A stretch of 64,000 nt of DNA from an uncultured virus (IMG/VR IMGVR_UViG_2660238005_000005). Taxonomy: Duplodnaviria > Heunggongvirae > Uroviricota > Caudoviricetes. The translations under genes and the position numbers were made by a program. Where the stretch lies: the IMG/VR virus record IMGVR_UViG_2660238005_000005; one strand, written 5' to 3'. The notes beneath the pieces were generated by a model, which searched no databases, was not told where the DNA came from, and saw nothing but the letters and a program-made list of their open reading frames with translations. The stretch's first letter is position 1. Each line of letters begins with the position of its first letter. Shown in pieces: positions 1 through 9,600 of this stretch.

Positions 1-513
1 ATGTCCTATTCCGATCCCAGGCATTGCCACCATCAGCGCGTCACGCAATGGCTTGCAGCGATGCGGCAGCATGCTGCCTGGCTGTACGCCGCGGATGAGC
101 AGTACGTGTACCTGGTGGGCGAGGCCAACGAGCTCTACCAGTGCGGAATCGTGGGGTTGCAAGACAGGCACGACATGGTCACCGACGCCCTCGGCATGTA
201 CTCATGGGCGATCGAGCACAGCATCACGCGCGAGACGCACTACTGCGCCGACTGTTGCTACAACGTGATCGACGGCGAGCGTGTTGTCGGGAGCGTGGAC
301 AACGAGGGCATATACCACTCCGCGCCAGGCCGCCAGCGCCTGGGCTACCTCGGCCGTGATCCGCTTGACGGGATAACCTACTTGCGCCTGGGACAGGCGC
401 TTGAGCGGGCGGGCGTTGTGCGCGGTCTGGAGATCGAGCTCGACGCTGGCGGCACGCTGTTGCTCGTCGAGCAGATCCCGGATGACTTCCGGCCGTGGCG
501 TTGGCCACCATAG
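1..513 (+). CDS. Hypothetical prophage-end protein (170 aa)
   Basis: ATG-initiated ORF with protein-like composition next to the SRAP gene. Confidence 0.6.
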   Translation: MSYSDPRHCHHQRVTQWLAAMRQHAAWLYAADEQYVYLVGEANELYQCGIVGLQDRHDMVTDALGMYSWAIEHSITRETHYCADCCYNVIDGERVVGSVDNEGIYHSAPGRQRLGYLGRDPLDGITYLRLGQALERAGVVRGLEIELDAGGTLLLVEQIPDDFRPWRWPP

Positions 514-701
514 TTCCTCTCCAGCGATGGTCCACTCCGCGCCGCTGCGCTTGCCCAAACGCGAAACATGGCTAGCCTTACCTAGGTGACTTCCTCCTAT
601 GGTCACGGAGGTTCCAGGCCTTCCTGGAGCCTCCCCCTCTTCGTCCTGCTGTGTCCCCTCGATGAATTCAGCAGCTCAGGTGCAGCTTTCACGAGGTAAC
701 C

Positions 702-794
702 ATGAAGCTCAGTATTCTGGCGGTCGGCCTGCTTCTAACAGCAGCGATAGCGATGTGCGTCTATCTAGTATTGAAAGCTTCGATCAGCCTATGA
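702..794 (+). CDS. Small single-pass membrane peptide (30 aa, MKLSILAVGLLLTAAIAMCVYLVLKASISL)
   Basis: GAGG SD before ATG at 702; stop overlaps the SD of the SRAP gene; too short for the ORF track. Confidence 0.5.
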   Translation: MKLSILAVGLLLTAAIAMCVYLVLKASISL

Positions 795-803
795 GGATGC
801 GAA

Positions 804-1496
804 ATGTGCGGAAGGCTCAGCCAGTACACCGGCCTGCACGAGTTCGTCGACGCGCTGTCGATGCCCAATGTCCTGGTCAACCTGGTCGGCGAACAGCCCG
901 AGCGCTACAACGTTGCGCCATCGACGGCCGTGACGACGCTACGGCTCGAAGGCGATGCGCTCGTAGCTCAGCCGATTCGATGGGGCTGGCGGCCCTTCTG
1001 GGCTAGGGACCGCGCGGCGCCGATCAACGCTCGGGTCGAGAAAGTGGCGCATGGACGCTTCTTCAGCGCAGCTTGGCGCCATCGCGCGCTTTGCCCCGTT
1101 TCAGGATGGTTCGAGTGGGTGGTCGATGAAGACGGCGGCACGCGGAAACAGCCGTATCACATCCAGCACGCCGACGGCTCACCGATCCTCTGCGCCGCGA
1201 TTGGCCAGTTCCCCGGGCTCGAGGATGAGCAGGCCGAGCAGCATGGGTTCGTCATCATCACCGCCGATAGCGCCGGCGGCATGGTCGATATTCACGACCG
1301 GAGACCGGTTGTGCTGCCGCCCGAGTTGGCCCGGGAGTGGATTGACCCGGCGACAACACCGGAGCGCGCGGAGCAGATCGTGCTCCACCAGGGCGAGCCG
1401 AGCGAGTCGTTTACCTGGTACGCGGTCGATCCAGCAGTTGGGAATGTCCGAAACCAGGGCCCGCAGTTGATAGCGCATCAGCGCTCCGCTTCGTAA
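804..1496 (+). CDS. SOS response-associated peptidase (SRAP/YedK/HMCES family, abasic-site protection)
   Basis: N-terminal MCGR catalytic Cys, RYNVAPS, INARVE, GWFEW, IHDRRPVVL. Confidence 0.92.
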   Translation: MCGRLSQYTGLHEFVDALSMPNVLVNLVGEQPERYNVAPSTAVTTLRLEGDALVAQPIRWGWRPFWARDRAAPINARVEKVAHGRFFSAAWRHRALCPVSGWFEWVVDEDGGTRKQPYHIQHADGSPILCAAIGQFPGLEDEQAEQHGFVIITADSAGGMVDIHDRRPVVLPPELAREWIDPATTPERAEQIVLHQGEPSESFTWYAVDPAVGNVRNQGPQLIAHQRSAS

Positions 1497-1744
1497 GCGG
1501 CCACGCCTGAACCGACGGCGATCCAACCGTCCTGACTCTGCACGGTGTCGCAGATTGACACCTCAACAGATTGGCCATCTTTAGGCTCGGCCGGCAGGAT
1601 GGCCGCAGTCCGACGGAGGTCGTTCGAGGCGGGTGCAAACGTGCTTTCTGAACAGTGGAACGCCCATATTCCGTGCTTTCCAGAACTACCGATCTGGCGG
1701 TCCAACTTCAGGGTCCACTTGCTTTTCAGCCGAATCACCAGCAT
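1478..1744 (-). CDS. Hypothetical protein (88 aa, MLVIRLKSKW...), moron-like
   Basis: ORF downstream of the lysis terminator, convergent with SRAP; start inferred. Confidence 0.55.
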   Translation of the reverse strand: MLVIRLKSKWTLKLDRQIGSSGKHGIWAFHCSESTFAPASNDLRRTAAILPAEPKDGQSVEVSICDTVQSQDGWIAVGSGVAAYEAER

Positions 1745-1780
1745 TTCATGGTCTCGATGGAAAACGACTAGTGTACGCCC

Positions 1781-1805
1781 AAAAAAAACCGGCCAGTTGG
1801 CCGGC
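1781..1805 (-). terminator. Intrinsic terminator ending the late/lysis operon
   Basis: GCCGGCCA-ACT-GGCCGG hairpin followed by T8 on - strand. Confidence 0.8.
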
Positions 1806-1813
1806 ATGACAGG

Positions 1814-1906
1814 TTACATCCCGACGAACAAACCACCGAGGGCGGCGCCCGCGCCGACCAGCACCAGGCAGGCCAGCGCGATCGAGATCACACGGGCCGA
1901 GATCAC
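1814..1906 (-). pseudogene. Truncated Rz-like inner-membrane spanin (only the 30-aa N-terminal TM segment)
   Basis: GTG overlaps endolysin stop (GTGA); VISARVISIALACLVLVGAGAALGGLFVGM* then terminator. Confidence 0.6.
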
Positions 1907-2532
1907 GACAGCACCCTCTTCGCCCGCTCCCACAGCGCCAGCCGCTCCGCCTGGCCGTTGAGCCCGCCGTTGATACGGCGGGTGATGGCGACGAACTCGC
2001 CCCGGTCGGCCAGGTCGTTGAGACCGCGCGCCGCCCACCACCAGGCCGCTGACAGCGCAGCGAACTCCGGCTGCTCGAGCAGTTCGGGTTCTTGCTCCAG
2101 CGGCTGGCCTAAGCCGACGCCCGCGGCGCGATAGTTCGACCGGCCAGTGATCTGCAGCAGGCCGCGCCCGCGGAATCGCCAGCCATCACCGGACACCTCG
2201 TCGCCATTGCCGTTGCGCGCGGCGTAGGCATTGTTGGCGATAGCCTGGGGGTTCCGCGCCAGGCGTTGCGCCAGGGCGTTGGGCTGCCCGTCGGCGCCGA
2301 GATAGCGGCTCGGCCAGGTCACCGCCAAGCCGCGCGCGCTGTAATTGAGGTTCTCCACCAGCCGGGTCAACTGGCTGCTCTCGTGGCCGGCCTGGGCGAG
2401 GAACGCAGCAGCTCGCACAGGCGAAGTGATACCGAAGCGCGTCATCCCGCGATGCAGCGCACTAACAAAAACGCCGGCTTGCGGGCCGGCGTTCGGAAAT
2501 ATCTGCAGCAGCTGCTGCTCGGTAATCAGCAT
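1903..2532 (-). CDS. Glycoside hydrolase family 19 endolysin (pyocin lysin-like)
   Basis: AFLAQAGHES, ENLNYS, FRGRGLLQITGRSNY, RRINGGLNG motifs. Confidence 0.93.
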   Translation of the reverse strand: MLITEQQLLQIFPNAGPQAGVFVSALHRGMTRFGITSPVRAAAFLAQAGHESSQLTRLVENLNYSARGLAVTWPSRYLGADGQPNALAQRLARNPQAIANNAYAARNGNGDEVSGDGWRFRGRGLLQITGRSNYRAAGVGLGQPLEQEPELLEQPEFAALSAAWWWAARGLNDLADRGEFVAITRRINGGLNGQAERLALWERAKRVLS

Positions 2533-2627
2533 CGGTACTCTCCAGTAACGTTAATGCTCTGCTATCGGTAGGCGTGAAGGGGCTCCGGTTTGCTATCGTT
2601 CGTTTGCCAGGTAGGAGGCGAACCACG

Positions 2628-2780
2628 ATGAATAAACGGATGTTGCCCGGCTGCGCGCCCATGTTGATCAGCTCTTGCGTGATGGCTGGTGGATCTCCGC
2701 ACGCGATCCGCTCACCTTGAAACGCGGGTCCGACCGCCTGCAGTGCCTGGACGGCATGCTGGTCGGCTCGGCTCAGTCAA
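2628..2780 (+). pseudogene. Frameshifted small moron gene
   Basis: AGGAGG SD before ATG 2628; MNKRMLP continues in another frame as LRAHVDQLLRDGWWISARDPLTLKRG. Confidence 0.4.
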
Positions 2781-3013
2781 ACCTCGATATCGAACTGGGG
2801 GAGCTGCGGCGCCGGGCCGGTCACCAGGCCATCGCTGATGAACGCCATCTGCCCGGCCGGCACCGCCGTGCCCCGAGCCGCGATCACGACGTTGTTTCGC
2901 AGACGGACGCGGCAGGTGCCGGCGCCCTCGTCGACGTCGATCACCTCACCCACAGTGCGCGCGCCGCCCGGTAAGAGCCCGATGAACCGACGCCAGGGGT
3001 TGACCGTCGCCAT
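2777..3013 (-). CDS. Small tail-tip/spike-associated protein (78 aa)
   Basis: MATVNPWRRF..., coupled to upstream tail gene (TGATG overlap). Confidence 0.7.
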   Translation of the reverse strand: MATVNPWRRFIGLLPGGARTVGEVIDVDEGAGTCRVRLRNNVVIAARGTAVPAGQMAFISDGLVTGPAPQLPQFDIEV

Positions 3014-4773
3014 CAGGAACCTCCCGGATAGTGGCGCTCGATGCGCAGGGTCTGCCACACGCGGCTAGCCCCTACCCCCTCGGCCGAGATATCGGTAGCC
3101 AGGCAGAGACCGCGCCACGTCGCCTGTTCGTCCCTCACCTCGACCAGCATTCCCGGCTGCACCAGGCCCGGTACCCCGTCGTCCTTCTGGAATAGCGGGA
3201 TGCGCCGCGTCTCGATCGCCTGGTTACCGCCCTTCGACAGCTCGCAGATCCCGCGCGAGCGCGCCACCTCGGTGCCGGTCATCCAGTCCTCCATAACATC
3301 AGGCGCCGACTCCTCGCCGGCGGTACCGGCGCGCCGCACATGCACGCTGACGCCGTAGCTGGTACCGCTGACGTAGACGAAATTCCATGCCGGCTGGGGA
3401 CTCCACTCGCTGCCCCACTCGGCGACGATGTCGGCCGGGATGATCCGGTCGGGAATTGCGGTGTCCCAGTACCAGGTCGCCTCACGATACCGCGGCAGGA
3501 TCGTCATCGAGTCATCCATCAGGCCCGGACGGACGATGCCGCCGGCGACCTCGGCCAGCTTGACGATGACCTGCATCGGCGTCTGATCCTGATAGCTGAA
3601 GGCGCCGGCCGGCAGCGTCCAGTCCGGCGGCCCCATGTTCTCGACGTCCCAGGACACTGAAAAGCCGGTGTACTGCAACTGGTCGTCGACAACCTGCCGT
3701 GCGTTCAGCGGCGCCGTGTTCACCGCGCTGCGTTTCGGCGCATAGGGCGCGTCCAGCAGTTGGGTGCGGCTCGCGCCGCTGATTGTGTAGCGCTCGCTCG
3801 GATGCTTGCCGCTGCCGCTGTAACGCTCGACCAGAAACCGCCAGGTCCAGCCGTTGATCTCCAGTTCTACCGTCTTCGGCCCGTTGGCATCCGGCGCCGC
3901 CAGGTCCAGCGAGGTGCGACCGAACAGGTCAGCCGAGAACGACCAGGCGAACGAGTCGATATCCAGGCCGATGCGAATACTGGTCGCATCCAGCGGCGTG
4001 CGACTCGGCAGCACCACCAGGGTGACCGTGTTTCCTATCATGTATGTCTCCAGTATCTCGGGCTCGGTGGGTGGATCTATCGGTACCACCGGCCCCGGAT
4101 AGTCGGGGTAGACAATGCCCGTCGGCACCGGATCGGTCGGCCGCCCCCATGCCCAGGGAATCCGCCGCAACGCATCGAAGCGGGTCGGACTGCCGTAGCT
4201 GCTGCGCGCCCCGGCGTCCACCGGCCGGATACCACGGACCGGCGCCACGTAGCGGAAATCGAAGAACACGTCGGGCGTGTTCGCCGGGGTGTAGCGGGCC
4301 GGGCCGAATTTGAAGTCGAGCAGGCCGGTCGGGATGTAGAGACTGGCACGCCTCTCCGACAGCGCATCGCGGAAGCGGTCGAACTCGGCCGAACGCCGCC
4401 AGCCGGGCGGACGGCCGGCGTCCTTGGGCGACGGGCGCGGGTTGTAGATCAGCGACAGGCGCCGATCACGCGGGCGCAACGTCCGGTCCCAACCTAGCTC
4501 TCGCTCGACGTCCAGCACCCGGGTGCTGTCCCAAACGCTGCGGGCTGCCGCATTGCGCTGCTCGGCGTGCTCCCAGCCACTCCCCCAGCCCGCATCACGC
4601 ACCGGTACACCGGACCACCCACTGGCGCAACGCCGTGCCAGGGGTCGGCCGGAGCCCCACAGCCCGGCGCTACGCGCATCAGCAAGCACCAGGCGCTGCC
4701 AGCGCAGCGGGACGGCGCGCACGGAAAGCGGCACCGCCCTCTGCCAGGGGGCGCCGAAACTCGCATTGATCAT
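3013..4773 (-). CDS. Tail tip/hub-like protein (586 aa)
   Basis: Start MINASFG overlaps upstream stop; position in tail module. Confidence 0.7.
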   Translation of the reverse strand: MINASFGAPWQRAVPLSVRAVPLRWQRLVLADARSAGLWGSGRPLARRCASGWSGVPVRDAGWGSGWEHAEQRNAAARSVWDSTRVLDVERELGWDRTLRPRDRRLSLIYNPRPSPKDAGRPPGWRRSAEFDRFRDALSERRASLYIPTGLLDFKFGPARYTPANTPDVFFDFRYVAPVRGIRPVDAGARSSYGSPTRFDALRRIPWAWGRPTDPVPTGIVYPDYPGPVVPIDPPTEPEILETYMIGNTVTLVVLPSRTPLDATSIRIGLDIDSFAWSFSADLFGRTSLDLAAPDANGPKTVELEINGWTWRFLVERYSGSGKHPSERYTISGASRTQLLDAPYAPKRSAVNTAPLNARQVVDDQLQYTGFSVSWDVENMGPPDWTLPAGAFSYQDQTPMQVIVKLAEVAGGIVRPGLMDDSMTILPRYREATWYWDTAIPDRIIPADIVAEWGSEWSPQPAWNFVYVSGTSYGVSVHVRRAGTAGEESAPDVMEDWMTGTEVARSRGICELSKGGNQAIETRRIPLFQKDDGVPGLVQPGMLVEVRDEQATWRGLCLATDISAEGVGASRVWQTLRIERHYPGGS

Positions 4774-5630
4774 AGAGCCTCGACAGGAAAGGGCCCGTGG
4801 CTGAGCGGGCGGTAGTAACGCGTCGCCTGCAGACGGGCCGTGCCGACCTGGAGGCTGGGGTTGTCGCCCTCGATCGGCCACCACTCCGGCTCAGCCGCCG
4901 GCAGTACCCCGGCCTCGGTCACCTCGTAGAGCCAGCCAGAAAAGATCGTCGGACGCACGCGTTGGCCCAGGCTGACGGCGAGACGCGGCTCGAACACCGC
5001 GCCCCAGTCATCCAGCCCCATCGCGTAAGTAGTCCCGCCGGCCGTCACCTCCAGGGCGATCTCGGCGCGCCCGGACTCGGCCGTCTGCCCTACGCCGGCT
5101 ACCCGCCATTCGCCATCGAGCTTGCGCTCGATGACCACAACCTGGCGCGAGGCCGCACCGCCATCGACCGTGACGACCGCCCGCACCTTCGCCGGATCGG
5201 TCGGATCTCGACCGCCCGAGCCTTCGGTCAGGTCATAGGACAGCAGGCGCGTATCGGCATCGAGGACCGGCCAGCGAATGATCCCCAGGCGCGGGTCGCC
5301 TTCGTCGGTGACCTGTATCACGAACTGTCCACGCAGGCCCGATGCCTCGAAGCGCTGCACCGTCTCGCCCTCGTAGACCTGGAAGGTCGCCGTCATCGCG
5401 GTCGCGGTGACCACCGTCCCGCGATACAGCGTGGCGATCTTGCGCGCCGGAGTCTCCTCCCCTTCGCGGGTGACCTTCACGGCGAGGGTCTGGTAGATCG
5501 CCTGCCCGGCCCCCGACCAGGCGATCGCCACAGGCGGGCGAAGAGTCTTCGGCCCAATGCCGAACCGCTGCAGCCAGGTATCGGGCCGGACCTGGACCGG
5601 CGGCACCACCTGCAGCATCAGCGCGCTCAT
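4770..5630 (-). CDS. Tail-associated protein (286 aa)
   Basis: Start MSALML with ATGA overlap; tail module. Confidence 0.65.
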   Translation of the reverse strand: MSALMLQVVPPVQVRPDTWLQRFGIGPKTLRPPVAIAWSGAGQAIYQTLAVKVTREGEETPARKIATLYRGTVVTATAMTATFQVYEGETVQRFEASGLRGQFVIQVTDEGDPRLGIIRWPVLDADTRLLSYDLTEGSGGRDPTDPAKVRAVVTVDGGAASRQVVVIERKLDGEWRVAGVGQTAESGRAEIALEVTAGGTTYAMGLDDWGAVFEPRLAVSLGQRVRPTIFSGWLYEVTEAGVLPAAEPEWWPIEGDNPSLQVGTARLQATRYYRPLSHGPFPVEAL

Positions 5631-6628
5631 GCTGGCCACCACGCCGGATCCACAGACAGGAACCAGAGCCCCCAGCGGTCCATATGCACATGGTAGGTCT
5701 TGCCATCCATCTGGACTGCCTCCGCCACCGCCGTTGCGCCCAGGGACAACCCCAGCCGCTCCAGCAGATGTCCGTGGCGGTAATGGCCCAGGATCGGGTC
5801 GAAACACACGCCCTTCAGGCGGCCGACGTAGTTCGCGCCATTCGTCACATAGGGCTGCTGCATCCGCCAATAGGGTGGATTCTCTCCCTCCGTCCGGTCG
5901 TAGTAGGTGCTCTGATACTGCATCTGGTCCATCAGCGCTCCCACGCTGGGACCGCCGCCCTGGATGATCTCTCCCGAGCGCTGGTCACGCAGCGAACTGA
6001 AGCCACTCCCGAAGGACCAGTTTCGGCTGTACCCCGTTGTGTTCTGGAACCCCTGGGCACCGCCGACGGCGATAAACCCCTGAACGCCGGAGGCGCCGCT
6101 GAAGCTCTCGTACTGCCCGACGTAGAGGCCGAGCTGGTACGCCTCGCTCGTGTTTTCGTAACCGGTGGATTGGAGGACGCAGAAAATGAACGTCTCGGCG
6201 TCCGCACAGATCTGCCAGTACGTCGCATGGTTCCAGTACATGTACCCCAGGTAGATGACATGAGCGTCATTGCTGGTGGGATTGGTGTCCGCCGACCAGG
6301 TACGTGACCGCGTATTGACGCCCTTTGGGAGCGGAGTGCTGATATCCAGCATGCCCTCATGCACATAGACTGCGATGTAGTCGTTGACGCTGCCGCTACC
6401 GGTTAAGTGCCTGTAGAACGTCACCTGCGCGCAGTTGGACGCCGGGGCCAGGGTGATGGCGGTGTCGAACTCGCTTACCACGGTCCAACCTGCCGGTGGC
6501 TTGTTGCCGTAGCCATCGACCAGCGCCGCGCGCAGGTAGCTCTTGAACTTCTGGAACGGCGTCACCGCCGACGGGAAGAGCGCCGGCGGTGCGCCGGCGT
6601 CCCGATAGCTGTACTGTCGAGCGGTCAT
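5627..6628 (-). CDS. Virion/tail protein (333 aa)
   Basis: Coupled ORF; LVDGYG..PAGWT motif typical of phage tail proteins. Confidence 0.7.
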   Translation of the reverse strand: MTARQYSYRDAGAPPALFPSAVTPFQKFKSYLRAALVDGYGNKPPAGWTVVSEFDTAITLAPASNCAQVTFYRHLTGSGSVNDYIAVYVHEGMLDISTPLPKGVNTRSRTWSADTNPTSNDAHVIYLGYMYWNHATYWQICADAETFIFCVLQSTGYENTSEAYQLGLYVGQYESFSGASGVQGFIAVGGAQGFQNTTGYSRNWSFGSGFSSLRDQRSGEIIQGGGPSVGALMDQMQYQSTYYDRTEGENPPYWRMQQPYVTNGANYVGRLKGVCFDPILGHYRHGHLLERLGLSLGATAVAEAVQMDGKTYHVHMDRWGLWFLSVDPAWWPA

Positions 6629-9600
6629 CAGTCCGCGTCTCCTCTGATCTGCAGGTGGAACTCATCGTCCTCGACGGTGCCCTTGCCACTCAGCACCGTC
6701 CGCACGATCCACATCGGCCCCAGGCACGAGTCGGTGTTGAAGCGCACCGCGTTGCCGGCCGCCCAGCCACTGCCCCAGCCTTCCTTGCGGATGGTGAAGT
6801 ACGGCGTGTTCGTCTCCGGGTTGATCGGCGCCGTGTCGGTGGTGGTAGTGCCGTTGGCGATCACCCCCAGCTTCTCCTCCACCACGCTGAAACTGGTCGA
6901 GGAGTTGAACACCAGCGCCCACTTCGCATCGATCGCACCGCGGTTGGCGATCAGCGGCGGATAGGCGAGGCTGTTGTAGTTGGCGGTGGTCCCGTCGCCC
7001 TTGGGCTCGTCGGTCCAGTTCGGCGAGCCGATATCCCAGGTCCGCTGGGTGAACCAGTGGTGCAGCCGCGCCTGCAGGTCGCCCCAGCTCAGCGCACTGG
7101 ACGCCAGCGTTTCGCCCGCCGGCAGATCCCAGGGCAGCGGCGAGGAGATTCCCAGCTCGCCGTTCACTTGGACCTCGGTGCAGAGGGTCATGTGCTCAAC
7201 CCGGTCACGCACCACCAGCGGCAGGGTCAGCGGGTTGCCCTCGGCATCCTGCAGGACCAGCGGGTTGGCCCATGTCACCCGGCCGCGCTCCAGATCGACG
7301 CTGTAGCCTGCCGAAGCCAGTTCCACCGCGTTGGCGTCCACCACCTTGATCTCGGCCTGCTGGTCGCGGCCGAGCTGCAGCACGCCGCCAGCTTGAGGAC
7401 TCGGCACCGTGGTCTCGGCGGTATGGGCAACCACCATCACGTCCCCCTCGCGGAACACTGGCACCCGCCCGTCCGCTGGCAGTCGCACCGGGTCCAGGCC
7501 CAGCAGGGTGGCGTCCAGCGGCAGCGAGGTGAAGACGACCGAGTTGTAGCGCAGCAGCAGCGGAATCACCGGGATATCGCTGGCCCCAGTGGTGTCCTCC
7601 AGGTTACTGGTGAAGCGCAGCCGGACGATGCCGGTCACGATATCGACGCTGCCCTTGATCACCGCGCCGTTGAGCTTGCCGTTCGCGTCCGCCGTGGTGG
7701 TCACGATCTGCGCGGTATCAAGGCGAACCGCCGTCACCTGCAGGCTCGCAGAACGCAGCGGCGCCCCCGGCGTGCGGAAGGTCATGCTGGTGACGCTGAA
7801 ACCGGCGTTGGTGGTCAGGCAGGCCAGCAGCGTGACCGTCGGCGCCGCCCCCGAGTTGTAGGTGTTCAGCGTCGCGGTGCGGCCGGCGTAGTCCACCGAG
7901 CCGACGGCGATGCCGGCGTTGGTGCTGCTGTTGATGTTCTTGTACAGCACACCGGAGCGGTCGACGTAGACCTCGCCGGCCCAGGTGAACACCAGCGAGC
8001 CCGGCAGGATCGGCTCGGCAACGCCGGGCAACAGGTCAAGGGTCACCGGCGCGACGGTCTGCGAATCGGTCTGCTCACCGTACTCGACGCCGCGGCTCTG
8101 CGCGCGCACGCTCAGCGTGCCGCCGAACCCCTCCAGCAACGTGGTATCGGTGGCCACCAGACGCAGCTTCTTCATACCGAAGTTGTCGACCGTGTCGGTG
8201 TAGTAGGTGTACTCCTTGAACACGTAGTTGCCGGCCACCTTCAGGCTGAATTCGCCGGTCTCGTAGTTGATCGTCCCGGCGCGCCCGGCCCAGCCGCCGG
8301 CGGCGTCGTCGGTCACCGAGTTGTCCATGGTGATCTCCGATTCGAAGATCGGCAGCGCCCCGGTGCCCATGTCAGCACCGAGGGTCGGTGCCGCCTGGCG
8401 ACGCTTGGTGATCCACGATAGGCGCACGCTGCCCGCCTTGAGCGGCGCCCCGGGGAGAGTGCCGATGCACATGCCGGTGCTGTCGGAGGTCACCGCCAGC
8501 GGGCTGTCGGTCACGCTGCCCTGCTGGTAGGTATGCACGATCCCACTCCCGGCATCCGGGGTGGCGCTCAATTCCATGCTGACCTTGCCGTCGGCATAGT
8601 TGATCTGGCCGCTGCCACCGGTACCGCTGAGCGAGCCGTTGCCGCTATCGAGCACGGTGCGCTCTACCCCGCCGACCTTGAACGTCGCCTTGTAGGAGCC
8701 GGGCAACAGCCCCTGGTGCGGCAACGTCCGGTTGATCCGCGCGCGCGCCTGCACGCTGGTGCCGGTGCGCTGGGTCAGCGCCGCATCGTTCTGCCCGACG
8801 TAGGCGTAGATCAGCGAACTCCCCACGTCCGGCAGCGCGCTCAGGGTGATGGATACCGAGCCGGTCGCGAAGTCCACCGTGCCGGTGCCTTCCCCGGCCA
8901 ATTCGCCGTTACCCTGGTCGCGGATCTCCTGCCATTTGCCCAGGGCGAGGAACGAGACCACCAGGGTGCCCGGCTGGGGCGGCGCTTCGGACAGCGACAG
9001 GGTGTAGACGAAGCCGCGGTTGCCCAGTTCGATAGGGATCTCCCCGGTCACCGCTTCGCCCGTCGCCGCCGCGGCAGGCTGGTAGGTGGCGCTCGCTGTC
9101 CCGCTCCAGCCGCTGCCGGAGGCCGCCATCTCGATTGCGCCGCTCTCGTAGTCGACGGTACCGCTGGCAATCCAGTTCGAACCGCTGATGTAGCGCAGGC
9201 CTCCCTTGCGGTCGTCGGCGAACACACCGCCGCCGGCGCTCAGCGACAGCGAACCCGGCGCGCAGCCGGTGCCGAGGAACGTCCGCGACCTGCCGCTGCC
9301 TATGTTCGCGACATTCAGGTTGACCGTCCGCGCCGGCCCGGCCGCAGCGAACAGGCGCCGCTGGTAGCCGGCCAGTTGGTCGACCAGCGCGTTCTCTCGG
9401 GTGGTGCTGGGCACCAGCTGGGAATAGACCGACTTGACCCGCAGGCTCAGCGCGCCGCGGCTGACAGCCTCGGCCAGGGGGCTGATGCCGTAGTACCGCG
9501 CGGCATCGGCGACCTGGGTGCTGAGCACCTGGCTTTTCGGGCTGGTGGTGCCGCCTGGCGTCACCTGGCCGCCGGGGAAGGTCGCGCCCAGCGGCGCGCT

